Origin: a virus
Taxonomy: Duplodnaviria; Caudoviricetes
Direction: 5' to 3' (one strand)
Length of the DNA: 58,941 nucleotides
IMG/VR virus record: IMGVR_UViG_3300025276_000037
Span: 1-58,941 of that record
Below, one piece after another: positions 9,064-20,300 of the stretch. The notes under the pieces were generated by a model. The model saw only the letters and a list, made by a program, of their open reading frames with translations, searched no databases and had not been told where the DNA came from. The position numbers and the translations under genes were made by a program. Every line of letters begins with the position of its first letter. The stretch's first letter is position 1.

Positions 9064-9459
9064 ATGACAGAAGAAATAGAAGTAGCAAAGATGGTGCGGG
9101 TGTATCAAAAGATACGTAGTAAACGCGCAGAACTATCGGCTAATTTTAAAGAAGAAGACAAAGCATTGTCTGAGAAGTTAGACGCAGTGAAAGCCGCGCT
9201 ACTTAAATACTGTGATGAGCAGGGTGTTGAAAGTGTACGTACCGCCGAGGGCTTGTTCTACCGTAGCACTAAGACACGGTACTGGACTAGCGATTGGGAA
9301 TCCATGCACAAGTTTATATTAGAAGAGGGAGTACCGGAGCTGTTAGACAAACGTGTTAACCAAACTAACATGCGCCAGTACTTAGAAGAGAATCCCGATG
9401 TAGTTCCTATGGGACTTAACGTAGATTCAGAATACACATTATCAGTGAGGAAGAAGTAA
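9064..9459 (+). CDS. Conserved phage replication-region protein (coiled coil, Gam/Gp157-like)
   Basis: N-terminal coiled coil then SVRT..G...DW...LL.KR; strong RBS. Confidence 0.6.
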   Translation: MTEEIEVAKMVRVYQKIRSKRAELSANFKEEDKALSEKLDAVKAALLKYCDEQGVESVRTAEGLFYRSTKTRYWTSDWESMHKFILEEGVPELLDKRVNQTNMRQYLEENPDVVPMGLNVDSEYTLSVRKK

Positions 9460-9689
9460 TGGAACAACTAGCAACGATAGAGGAGTTAGCCAAACACTTT
9501 AGGGTGTCTGTGTCTACTACTCGCGCATGGCTACGCAATGGCCATGTACCCCAAAATACCTATATCAAAGTAGGTAACACGTATAGATTTAAGGTGGCCG
9601 CAGTTGAAGCAGCTATGTTAAGTGGTGAGAGCGGCCCCGAGGGTAACACGCTTGTGGACTTAGGGCTTAGCGTGGACGAGGACGCTTAG
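9459..9689 (+). CDS. Excisionase-like HTH DNA-binding protein
   Basis: TIEELAKHFRVSVSTTRAW..NG..P...KVG..YRF; TAATG coupling. Confidence 0.85.
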   Translation: MEQLATIEELAKHFRVSVSTTRAWLRNGHVPQNTYIKVGNTYRFKVAAVEAAMLSGESGPEGNTLVDLGLSVDEDA

Positions 9690-10343
9690 ATGCGCCGAAT
9701 CAGCTTGCGGGGTGGGAACTTCATGGGGCAACCATTTGCTTATGACAACAGTATGGATGTCGTTATACTAGACGCAGCACCTGTATCACGTTCATACTAC
9801 GCCGCAGATTTTGACTCTAGTAAAACTGTAGCGCCAACGTGTTGGTCGGCTACAACACAAACACCTGATGCGGACGTGCCAGAAGAACAGGTACAGAGTC
9901 GTCGGTGTATGGACTGCAAGCAAAATGTACGCGGTTCATCTGGAAGTAACGGTAGGGCTTGCAGGTTTTCTCAACGATTAGCAGTAGCACCGGCTCAAAA
10001 GTTAGATGAAGTTTATCAAATTCAGTTGCCAGCCACTTCTATTTTTGGTAAAACTGTAAAAGGTAACATGCCAGTTAAAGAATACGCCAGTTTGCTATCA
10101 CAAAATAATACGCAAGCAGCGTCTATCGTTACAAGAATGTACTTCGATGAGTACAGCGCCGTACCAAAACTTTACTTCAAGCCAGTCCGTTCCTTAGACA
10201 AGCAAGAGGTAGCCATAGTAAGTCAGACTAAAGATCACCCTGACACTAAAGAAGCAATAACTTTGATCATTATTGATCAGAGCGTAGGATCGTCACCCTT
10301 TGGAATTACTGATGGGTACGAACATAAACCAAACCATTCTTAG
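9690..10343 (+). CDS. Cys-containing putative ssDNA-binding/annealing protein
   Basis: RRISLRGG, PTCWS, C..C.QN..GS...GRACRFSQRLAV, PKLYFKP; replication context. Confidence 0.55.
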   Translation: MRRISLRGGNFMGQPFAYDNSMDVVILDAAPVSRSYYAADFDSSKTVAPTCWSATTQTPDADVPEEQVQSRRCMDCKQNVRGSSGSNGRACRFSQRLAVAPAQKLDEVYQIQLPATSIFGKTVKGNMPVKEYASLLSQNNTQAASIVTRMYFDEYSAVPKLYFKPVRSLDKQEVAIVSQTKDHPDTKEAITLIIIDQSVGSSPFGITDGYEHKPNHS

Positions 10344-10353
10344 GAGAATGAGC

Positions 10354-11085
10354 ATGTACTTAGTAAACAATGTAGAAGCACTATACCCACGTATCAACCA
10401 GACGTATCGTTTTGACAATACCGAGAACCGTTCGGTATCTTGTGACGCAAGTGAAGACGGCGCATCTTACGAGATGTCATTTCGTATGACCAAAGACCAA
10501 GCCAAGGCGTTGTTCCTTGAGATGTCTAAAGCGTACCAAGAAAAGAAAGAAGCTAAGTGGCCCGCCAAGTTGGAGATGCCATTTACTAAAGACGAAGACG
10601 GTTCCTACGTAGGTAAAGCTAAACTGAAAGGCGCGTACGGCGCAGAGCTGACTAACAAGCCTATGCAATGTGACGCTAGAGGAACTGAACTGCCAGACGA
10701 CTTTAGGTTGACTACAGGCAGTACGGTTAACGTAGCAGTTATATTCGTACCGTATAACATGCGTGACCACGGTGTATCACTACGCTTGAAAGCTGTACAG
10801 GTTATCAAGTATGTAGAGATGCAGAAGTCTAACCCATTCGGTATAGTTGAGGGCTTCACACAAGGGGAAGACGACAACCCGTTTGTCCCTATTGTAGAGC
10901 CAGTTAGCCAAGAGTCTATGGAAGAAACAACCGCTGACGTGTTTGGTGATGACAATAGTGATGAGCCAGAAGATACTGAGCCAGAACCTACGCCAAAGAA
11001 AGTAGTTAAGAAGAAAGCCGCTCCAACTCCAAAGGCCAAAGACGAAGACCTTAGTTCTATCATTGACGACTGGGACGACGAATAA
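10354..11085 (+). CDS. Single-stranded DNA-binding protein (T7 gp2.5-like)
   Basis: YP.I, GSTVNV...PY...GVSLRLKAVQVI and acidic tail ending IIDDWDDE; AGGAG RBS favours ATG 10354 (or 10348). Confidence 0.78.
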   Translation: MYLVNNVEALYPRINQTYRFDNTENRSVSCDASEDGASYEMSFRMTKDQAKALFLEMSKAYQEKKEAKWPAKLEMPFTKDEDGSYVGKAKLKGAYGAELTNKPMQCDARGTELPDDFRLTTGSTVNVAVIFVPYNMRDHGVSLRLKAVQVIKYVEMQKSNPFGIVEGFTQGEDDNPFVPIVEPVSQESMEETTADVFGDDNSDEPEDTEPEPTPKKVVKKKAAPTPKAKDEDLSSIIDDWDDE

Positions 11086-11108
11086 CCTTTAACCGTTTGT
11101 TAACTTAG

Positions 11109-11147
11109 CTACAGGGCGGCTCACACTAGCGCCTTGTAGTATTTTTT
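11109..11147 (+). terminator. Rho-independent terminator
   Basis: CTACAGGGCG / CGCCTTGTAG stem (one G-U) followed by TATTTTTT. Confidence 0.7.
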
Positions 11148-11162
11148 CGGTTGGGGGGCTAT

Positions 11163-14003
11163 ATGAATGCGAGTGAATTTTTAGAAAAGGTATTAGCGGA
11201 GGGGAACTTCTACTGTCTATTGGCTTTACGCAATGGTGGCAAACAGTGGGAAGACCGCAAACAGATATTCTTCAAAGATAAAGAATCCTTGGTAGCCAGT
11301 GCTACCGACTACGATGCTGATGGGTGGGATACGTTCTACGCGCTAGGATCGTTTGCCGGTAAAGGCTCACGTAGTGCAGACCTAGTAGAGAATGTGCAAG
11401 CGTTCTTTCTTGATCTGGACATAGGGGATGACGTTAAGAAGTACGCTACTAGGCCAGAAGCTATGGCGGCGTTAAAGACTTTCTGTAAAGAAGTATCTCT
11501 ACCAAAACCTATTATAGTGGACTCTGGGTACGGCTTACATGTGTACTGGCCATTGTCTGCGCCTGTGCCTGTACGTAAGTGGCAAGTAGTTGCTGCCAAG
11601 TTCAAGGGACTGGTATCAAGTATGGGGCTACGCGCTGATTCAGCGGTAACCTCTGACGCAGCTAGAGTTTTACGTATACCATCAATGCACAATTGGAAAG
11701 GCGATTCCAAGGTACAGGTCAACGTGTTGTGCGATAGCGATCCTGTATCAGTAGAAGACTTCGCTAAAGTAATCGGTATGGCGAGCATTGTAGTGCCTGC
11801 CGAAGACGATGGGACAATCAGTTTGTTTACTGAGGCTATGAGACGTAACAACGAGAATAGCTTCAAAGATATAATGAAGAAGACCGGTGCTGGCAGAGGT
11901 TGCGAACAGTTAAAGATAATTGCTACCGACCAAGATAATACTAGCGAACCTATGTGGCGAGCGGGCTTGTCTATCGCTAAGTTCTGCAACGATGGCGAGA
12001 TAGCGGCACACAAAATATCTAAAGGGCACGAGGGGTATAGTCCAGACCTCACGCAAGCCAAGTTCGACCTTATCAAAGGGCCGTACACTTGTACTACGTT
12101 CGACGAGAACAACGCGGGCGTATGCCCTGACTGTCCCAACTGGGGCAAGATAAAATCACCAGTGACACTAGGTAAGAAGTTTAAAGAAGCCACAGAAGAA
12201 GAGGTGGTGTACGCACCAGCTACAGAATTGCCCAACGCACCTGTACTGGAATACGTTATACCGACATACCCAAAGCCTTACTTCCGTGGGGCGAACGGTG
12301 GCGTCTACATGCGCCTTAAAAATGCTGACGGTGACGTAGATGAGAAGACCATATACCACAACGACCTGTACGTTGTTCGCAGGCTAAAGGATGTAGAGTT
12401 AGGTGAGGCCATCGTAATGCGCTTACACCTACCTATGGATGGGGTATCAGAATTTACTGTGCCGCTCACTTCGGTGACGTCAAGAGAAGAGTTTAGAAAG
12501 CAAATGTCTATGCGAGGAGTCGCAGTTACTAAAGTGGAGGAACTCATGCAATACACAACAACTTGGATAAATGAACTACAGAATATAAGCGCAGCCGATG
12601 AAGCGCATCGACAGTTTGGTTGGACAAACAAGAAGATGGATAAGTTTATCTTGGGTAACCAAGAGATACACGCCGACAAGGTTAAGTTTAACCCGCCATC
12701 ATCACAGACCGCAGGTTTGTTCCCAGCGTTCGAGCCTAAAGGCGACCTACAGGGCTGGATAGATACGATCAACTTTTATAACCGTGATGGTATGGAGTTA
12801 CACCAATACATAGTAGGTACGGGGTTCGGCTCTGTACTCATGCCGTTCTCGTCGCTGCATTGTGCCGCCATGCACATACACAGTAAAGAGTCTGGGCTAG
12901 GTAAGACGACCGCTATGATTGCGGGGGCATCTATATGGGGTAACCCAGAAGAGTTGATAATCCAAGAGCGGGACACTTACGCCACCAAAATGAACAGAGG
13001 AGAGATGTACCATAACTTACCCTTGTACATGGATGAGCTAACTAACTCACACGGTGCGGAGTTGTCAGACCTAGCATATCAATTAACGTCGGGCAGGCAG
13101 CGTGGGCGTATGACTAGCGGGGCTAACCAAGAACGCCACAGAGGTGAGGCTTGGCAGTTACTCGCGGTTACTACGGGGAACACTAGCCTTATCGAGCGTA
13201 TCAGTATGATAAAGAATATGCCGAAAGCTGAGGCACAGAGGGTACTCGAATGCCACGTCAAGAAAGTACACTTTAGTACCAAGGAAGAAACGGATGTATT
13301 TAGTAAGTCATTAACGGAACACTACGGGTGGGCGGGCGTACCGTTTGTACAGTACGTAATGAACAACGTAGAAGAAGTTAAGCAGATATGCGCGGATATG
13401 CAGGCTCGTGTAGATAGGCTAGCAGGGCTAACAGCGGAAAACCGATTCTGGTCGGTACATGCCGCTATGACTCTAGCAGGGTTGCATATATCAAATAATT
13501 TAAAGCTGACTAGCTTCGATCTACCATCGGTGGAGAAGTGGATAATAAACCAGCTACGGGTAAACAAAGCAACGGTGGAAGATATGTCTGTATCTATAGA
13601 ACAAATGTTAAACGACTACATGAGTGAGCACTTTAACAGTATGATTTGGATTAAGAGTACCGCCAGATCAGGTGGGGAACAAAACAACGGATTAGATTCC
13701 CTAGTTATTCCTGACATGATGCCACGTGCTAACAAGTTGGTTGGTAGGTACGAGACTGACTTGAAGCGGGCGTACCTGTTACCTAAACCATTAAAGGAAT
13801 GGTGCGGTAAGCAACAAATAAATTACACGCAGTTAGTACAAGACTTGAAAGACAAGCTAGGCGCTAAGAAGAAAAAGGTACGCATCACGAAAGGTACGCA
13901 GATGCAGCTACCACCGGCGGATTGTATTGTTGTCGATTGTGACGCTAGTGTACCTGAAGAGGTTATGCTTAGTGAATTACATCCTGCGAACGTACGATCT
14001 TAA
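11163..14003 (+). CDS. Primase-helicase (AEP/RepB-like primase, Cys-rich PriCT-like region, DUF927-like helicase)
   Basis: FFLDLD, VDSGYGLHVYW, D.ARVLRIP; C...C..C cluster; Walker A ESGLGKTT; Walker B YMDE. Confidence 0.88.
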   Translation: MNASEFLEKVLAEGNFYCLLALRNGGKQWEDRKQIFFKDKESLVASATDYDADGWDTFYALGSFAGKGSRSADLVENVQAFFLDLDIGDDVKKYATRPEAMAALKTFCKEVSLPKPIIVDSGYGLHVYWPLSAPVPVRKWQVVAAKFKGLVSSMGLRADSAVTSDAARVLRIPSMHNWKGDSKVQVNVLCDSDPVSVEDFAKVIGMASIVVPAEDDGTISLFTEAMRRNNENSFKDIMKKTGAGRGCEQLKIIATDQDNTSEPMWRAGLSIAKFCNDGEIAAHKISKGHEGYSPDLTQAKFDLIKGPYTCTTFDENNAGVCPDCPNWGKIKSPVTLGKKFKEATEEEVVYAPATELPNAPVLEYVIPTYPKPYFRGANGGVYMRLKNADGDVDEKTIYHNDLYVVRRLKDVELGEAIVMRLHLPMDGVSEFTVPLTSVTSREEFRKQMSMRGVAVTKVEELMQYTTTWINELQNISAADEAHRQFGWTNKKMDKFILGNQEIHADKVKFNPPSSQTAGLFPAFEPKGDLQGWIDTINFYNRDGMELHQYIVGTGFGSVLMPFSSLHCAAMHIHSKESGLGKTTAMIAGASIWGNPEELIIQERDTYATKMNRGEMYHNLPLYMDELTNSHGAELSDLAYQLTSGRQRGRMTSGANQERHRGEAWQLLAVTTGNTSLIERISMIKNMPKAEAQRVLECHVKKVHFSTKEETDVFSKSLTEHYGWAGVPFVQYVMNNVEEVKQICADMQARVDRLAGLTAENRFWSVHAAMTLAGLHISNNLKLTSFDLPSVEKWIINQLRVNKATVEDMSVSIEQMLNDYMSEHFNSMIWIKSTARSGGEQNNGLDSLVIPDMMPRANKLVGRYETDLKRAYLLPKPLKEWCGKQQINYTQLVQDLKDKLGAKKKKVRITKGTQMQLPPADCIVVDCDASVPEEVMLSELHPANVRS

Positions 14004-14196
14004 CCCTGACGGGGTAAAGGTGGAGGTAAACTGGGGTGCCTTTGTAGTAGGGTCATCCTTGTTTATCCCCTGCATAAATACTGTACTAGCTAAGCGCCAA
14101 CTGGCTACATACACGCATAGTAAAGGGTGGGCTACTACCTCCAAAACCCGCGAGGAAAGCGGCCTTTTAGGGGTTCGCATTTGGCGGACTTTATGA
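13972..14196 (+). CDS. Hypothetical small protein, last gene of the early arm
   Basis: NW..F.VGSS.FIPC...GVRIWR; start uncertain (GTG 13972). Confidence 0.6.
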   Translation: MNYILRTYDLNPDGVKVEVNWGAFVVGSSLFIPCINTVLAKRQLATYTHSKGWATTSKTREESGLLGVRIWRTL

Positions 14197-14217
14197 TACA
14201 TTGGCGGTGATTTTGGT

Positions 14218-14247
14218 GTTCACTGGCGTTCACTAGCGTTCACTGGT
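14218..14247. repeat. 3 x 10-bp tandem repeat GTTCACTRGY
   Basis: GTTCACTGGC GTTCACTAGC GTTCACTGGT. Confidence 0.9.
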
Positions 14248-14274
14248 GTCCAGAATCATTCTCCTAGAAGTGTG

Positions 14275-14316
14275 CTACGTTACACTAGTCCCCCTCCACT
14301 GGTGTAACGTAGTTTT
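14275..14316 (+). terminator. Terminator hairpin at the convergence of the two arms
   Basis: 15-bp stem CTACGTTACACTAGT / ACTGGTGTAACGTAG (one G-U), loop CCCCCTCC, then TTTT. Confidence 0.8.
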
Positions 14317-17300
14317 AATACAACTGCCAACCTTTATCCCACTCTGCTCTTTGTGTCTCTAACCCATCACGCAATGCAGGGTTTAAAGATACGCCGTTGT
14401 TCATTCTAAGGGACTGCTCTTGGTGGCGCTTCATAGAATTCTTAATCGTTTTACCGCTTATGAATACCTTCTTGCCATACGTAGAGGCGTGACGGTTATT
14501 AAAGTCCGACATATCTTCGCCTATTTCTCGCACACGAGGCCAATCACCCTTACGAGCTGCGGTGTAATACTTACTTAGTAAGTCAGAACGTTTGTCGGCA
14601 ATACTCCGCTCAATGCCTTTACTCATCATATTCTGTTCTTGGTTAAACGCGTAATCTCTAGGGGCGAAGCCTAGCACCTGCCCTGCAAGCTCACCGACAC
14701 TAAAATCATCATATATAACGTCGCCTCTACGGGTTAACGCACCCTCACGGTTGTATCTAACAAGACCTCTCCAACCATTACGGAATGCCGCAGGTAACAT
14801 ACCCTCCATACCACGCTCTAAATTACCTCGACCTAAGTCAGTAACACCACGAGCAAAACCTGCGAACGTGCTCCATGCAGGGCCACCAAGATAGAAGAAT
14901 ATCTCTTCCTCTGGCGAAGCCTCTGGGTTGTATCGGTTAGTTTGTATTAATAACTGCCCAAGAGAAACACGTTTAGACACGTCCGCACCTGAGTACTTAG
15001 TGATCGCACCTTTGTACCAACCTTCGCCTATGTTCCTACGTACGTACGAGTCCCAATCTTCCTCTTCGTCATCCATAAACATGTTAGCTACTAGCTTAAC
15101 TGCGCCGTACAGCGGTATGCCTTGGACACCTGCAAAAAACAACGAGGTAAGATGCACGCCAGCCAACTGCTTAATTGCTACTTTACGTTGTGCCGGGTCA
15201 GAGTACGCTACGTAGGCGGACTTAAACATGTTGTAGTACATAGTTAAACCGAAGTTTTTATACATCAACGCAACACTACCAAGGTCAGTCTGCGCTAGTC
15301 TAGCGCCTGTTTCCTTAACTGAGCCACCATTAAGTTCCTGTGTCTTGGTTAGTGCTTTATCCGATAAGGCTTGCTTTTCCTCTATCGTAGCTGATCTTCC
15401 TTTATCCGTCTCTAACTTACGTAGCGCCAGTAAGTAGGTGGTAGCTAACGTAACTTGTCGGTTGTAGTTCTCCATGTTATGGAAGCCCCATGCACCCATC
15501 CGAGTAGCTCTGTCTGAAAGGCTACGCTGCTGCCCCGACTGATCAACGTTAATCTCTGAGCCTATAACAGACTGATCTAGTTGGTTAGCGTCTGCCGCAG
15601 CCTGTACTAACGGCTGTATTGATTCCACCATCGCTTTAACTTCGGCATTGGGGAACTCTATGTCGTCACGAAGGTCGTACACATGCGAGTTAGTAGCCTT
15701 ATCGTACCTAGCAATAAAGTAGTTCTCTAAGCTAGCTTTACCTTCAAACTCTACATCTTCTGTAACGTCATCTTTACGGTTGATTTTACGCTTTAGAGAC
15801 TTACCTAACTTCTTACCGTCTTTTGTTAGTACCGAACTACTCGCAGTAATAAGTTTACCTGAGTCTTTTATAGCCCTGCCTGTGTTACCTATACCATACT
15901 CTGCACTTAGGTAAGGCATAACAAATAAAGGTATCTGTGACCCGTTGACTATCGCGGACGAGGCGTTAAACCCTATTGTGTACATAAATGCAAAACGGTT
16001 AGCTGCTTGCGCTTGCGTTTGGTACTCAGTCTTAGGATTTCTAGCGTAGTTAGCGCGCATGTTAAGTTGGTTTACGATGTCAGAAAAAGCATTTACCTTA
16101 CCCTTACGTTTAGGGTCTTCCTGCATAGCCGACTCTTCTAACTTAGCAAACTCGTTCATCTCACTTTGTAAGGCTATTAAGTTAGAGGTGTTACTTAGAC
16201 GGGCGATTTGCCTGCCCATGTCGTATGCCTTCCTATTAAACGTATATAGGGCATCAGGGATATACCCTTCGCGGTTCTTACGTTTCCGGATAGACTTGGC
16301 GAAAGCTGATTCTGGTAGCGAATCTATGTACAGCTCAAGTATGTTCGCGGATACTTCTTTGTCTACCCCAGCCGCATCTAACTGCGTAAGTATAGTGTTG
16401 ACAAAAGCTGTAGGGGGCACGACTCCCGTGGCACTTATAGACCCCTTACCAGTTTCGTATGTAAACACTTTTTCCTGTACTACTTCAGGGTCGTTTTCTA
16501 ACTCTTTAATCCTACGCTGCATGTGGGCATTAGTAGTGAACATCTCTACTTGCGCCTGATCTCGCTCGCTCTTACGGTCAGCCTTTAACTCATACACTAG
16601 CTTAAAGTTACCCTCACGTAATAGTGGGAAGTAAACCCCTAGCTCAGTTTTCTCAAACAGTCGTTTGGTCAGCAAGTTCTTCACTTGACCCGCCGATTTC
16701 GCATCGGTGCTAGCTTTATCTATGTCGCCAAAGATAGCTTCTTTTAGTCTAACAAATTGGTTTCTGTAAGCCTGACGCATATCGTTGTAGACTTTCTGTC
16801 CGTCTGGGCCAAGAGCGTCCCACTCTTTCTTTAGCCTGTTGAACTCGATAAGGTCGTCACCTGTATAGTCACTCGCTTTCTTTTCAGCAACATCAATCTG
16901 CTTAGTCGTGGAGCTAAACACAACGTCATTAAAGCGCGTTATCACCTCTTCACTTTGTTTGTCCGCCCACTTAGCGAACTCACCTTTAATTGCGTTAAGA
17001 TCGTTATCTGATTCTCGTATGGCTGCACGCTGCTTCAAGAAAGCGTCATGTAGCCCTTTAGCCATTTTACCTAGCTTAGCGTTAGCACTGGTGGCTATAT
17101 CTACCATAGCCAGCATAGGAGCAAGTTCTAATAAGTACGAACCCATCTTACGAGGAGAGCCTGTAATAAAATCTACGGCACTGTCGCCAAACCTAGAACC
17201 ATCAGCCTTAGTCATGGGCTTAAAGGCTTTCTGTATCTTATCCATGTTGCTCATTGTTTCTTGCACGCCTTCCTTAGTAGACATGTGTGCGAGAGTTACA

Positions 17301-20300
17301 CCGTCCCCTCTACCATCTACTGGTGGCCGTAGTATTTTCACTATAAGGGCATCGGCTTGGGTTAGCGCGTTATTGCCGTATACAGCGCTAGTAGATCGCC
17401 CAAGAATACTGTCTAAAAGTCTTTTTACTGCGTTAGCAAAACGTTGCCACGCGCTAAGCGTTAAGTCTTTCTTAGTGTATATCTTAGCCAAGTCACTTTG
17501 AAAACTAGGGTTACTAAACGCCTCGGCTACAAACTCAAGTAAATTCTCGCTACCATAAGCTGTGGGTAACTGATCTTTAACTTGTTCGTACAACGCAGTT
17601 AACTGTTTAGTAACTGGGTGGCCTTTGTTCTTTAGAGTAGCAACTGTTACGGCATGTGACATTTCATGGAGCAACGTGTGTACAGTAAGCCCTTCTGGGT
17701 CAAGAATAATGGTGTTGTCTATACCATCTTTGTTTACAAACAACCCTAAAACTTTATCTCCATCATATTTTTCAGCGGCTACTTTTTGCATAGCCTTAAA
17801 GTATTTATATGTAGGGTTCCTAACGCGACCATCGGCAACGAATACTTTAGCGTCCCCTACTTTATTAGAAAATTCACGGGCAATAGATTTTGCTCTAGGT
17901 GACATGTTAGGTAGTTCTACTACTCTTTCCAATGCTTCTTTTAACTTGCCCGACCTAAGTAGCGTAAGTATTTCAGGACTCAAGTCTATACCAAGTGCTT
18001 CGATGTCTTTACCTATATAAGGAAGGCCGTCTATGTTTAGGTCTAAACCTATTTCTTCCTCAGTAAAGGAGTTCATTTCGTCGTAGACTTCTATCTCTTC
18101 TAGTGTGGCTACTACTTCATCTACTTCTTTCTGCACCTTATTTTTCTTAGGTTTAGGAGGTAGGGTAGCAAACTTTTTAAAGCGGTCAGTCATCTGCATA
18201 TACTTCACGACTTCTCTAGCCGCTACAGTCTTCTGACCTTTACCTTTTTCTGCGCCTTCGTTTAGTTGCTTGAGTAATTCTTTCTCTGCCTTCCCAAACT
18301 GCGCTTGATCAAGTACGTCTTCTAGGGCTTCTTTTTTGGCTACCGTACGTTGACGACTTCTGCGCCGTTCTTCTGTAAGGTCATCTGCCTTATCCTTAGT
18401 GGTAGGAGGCTTTTCTTTAATCTCTTTTCGTTTCTCCGCCAGCTTCTTGTCGATAAACTTACCGACTTCTGGGGACACGATTTTCTTAACCTCTGCTAAC
18501 GCCTCAGTAGCGTTACCTGCATTTCGGTTTTTTAGTTGTGCTCTAACATCGGGGTCTAAACTGTCACTTTTATCCACTTGTGTAGCTACGGTTCCCAACA
18601 CAATGTCGCTAACGGCATTTAGAATCCCATCAACTGGGTCAGGCGCGTTACCAAAGTAGGTGGCTACCTTTTTATTTTCGCTGGCTTTAACCGCTTTCCT
18701 GTCTGCATCTGTTACAGGGTTTTTACTGTCAGGAACTTCGTCAACGTAGCCAGTCGTACGAATTTCTTCCATCCGCGCTCCGGCACTACTTAGAGGAGCT
18801 ACTTCCTTAGCTTTGCGTTTAGCCTTAGCTTTGGGTTTAGCTTTAGCCTTAGCTTTTGTAGTAGCAGGTTTAGGTGTGGTAGTAGTTGTAGCTGGCCCCG
18901 GGGCGACCACGTTTGTACCTACAGGAGAAGTTATTTCCACAGGATTACCAAGTTCCACAGCTTTAGGCGCGCCTTTAAACCTTGCTTTAGCCTTAGCTAC
19001 TGCGTTAGCTAGTGTAGGCTGCTTTGTTTCCGCTCCCACTGTAGTTCCGTCAGGGCCAATACCAGCACTTTCCAATCGTCCAGTTCTAGGTGTTGCAGTT
19101 CCGGCGGGCGCTTGAATGTTTTGTTTTTTGCCACCCACGCCTGCTGTATCACTCTGAACGCTAGCTCTATCTCTTGTTGTTCCAGTTGCATTAGTTGCTC
19201 CACGTTTCGTGCCTCCTGTTGCCAGTGGGTCACCCGAAGTTTGCTGTAGTTTTTGTAGAGTGCTAACCTCTCGCTGTATAGCGCTAGTTTCGGCTTGCGT
19301 AGGCTCAACGGCAGTTATTCCTTTTGCCTTTGCCGCACGTGTAAACTTAGCTGTAAGCCCTTTTACTGGGTCAGCGTAGTCGTTTATTTTTACATCACTT
19401 AAAGTTTCGTCAAGTATACCCTTACGTGTTTCGGCGGCTTTCTTCTCTCGCCCTTCTTGCACTCGTCTGTCGGTTGCGGGTAATTCTTTAAGTGCTTCTT
19501 CGGCGGTGGCCTCGGCTGCTACACCTGCATCTTCCGCCAATAACGCTTCAACTTCTTTTGTTTCTGTGGCATCTTTTTCTACATCTTCTGCCAATAACGC
19601 TTCAATTTCTTTTGTTTGTGCTTCGTCTTTCTTATCCTTGTCTATGACTTCGTCTATATCTACTTGTTTCTTAGCCCGCTCATCCTCTGCGAACATGCCT
19701 TCAATTTCTCTTGTCTCTGCCTCGTCCTTTAGCCTAGCGTCAGTCGATGTAATTTTTCCACTAGCTTCGTCTTCTCTTCTCGCGGCAGCGTTGCGCCTGT
19801 CTAAACTGGTTTGTGGGAACAACTCTCCTTGCCCGTCTTCGCCAAACAGATCGCCTTGCTCTCGTTCGATGTCTGCTTCACTAATTTCTTCTTGGACATC
19901 TTGTACATCCGCCTCTGACTCTGGGCCTGTCTCATCACGTTGTGGCGTAGCACCTCTTCGTCTCCCCGGAAGTACATCTATAAGTAGTTGGTAGATAGCA
20001 CCCGTTGCACCGCCATATCCGGCAGACGCAGCAGCACCTTCAGTGAGTTCTCTGTCTGGGTTGTAACCTTGCTCGACTAAGTTTTGTGCAGTGTTCTGGG
20101 CAAGTTCTTGGAGGGCTTCCACACCACCAGTAGTTCCGGCGCTTCTAGCTCGGTCAAGTAGACCTTTGAGTTCTTTGTCACCACCAAGCATTTTGCTTAG
20201 TTTCTCAGCAGTGGGGGCACTAAATTTGCCGACAGCTTTTAGGTAGGGGATGGTTTCTAGTAAACCCGCACCAATAATCATCGGGTTAGTTATTGCGCGG

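Noticed and set aside
14233-14259. Minus-strand mini-ORF MILDTSER behind AGGAG
   Set aside because: SD-to-ATG spacing is only 1-2 nt and the peptide is 8 aa; better read as anti-SD sequence on the + strand.
14197-14316. CsrB/RsmZ-like GGA sponge RNA or tRNA in the intergenic regions
   Set aside because: Only a few GGA on the minus strand and no multi-GGA hairpin series; no cloverleaf seen.
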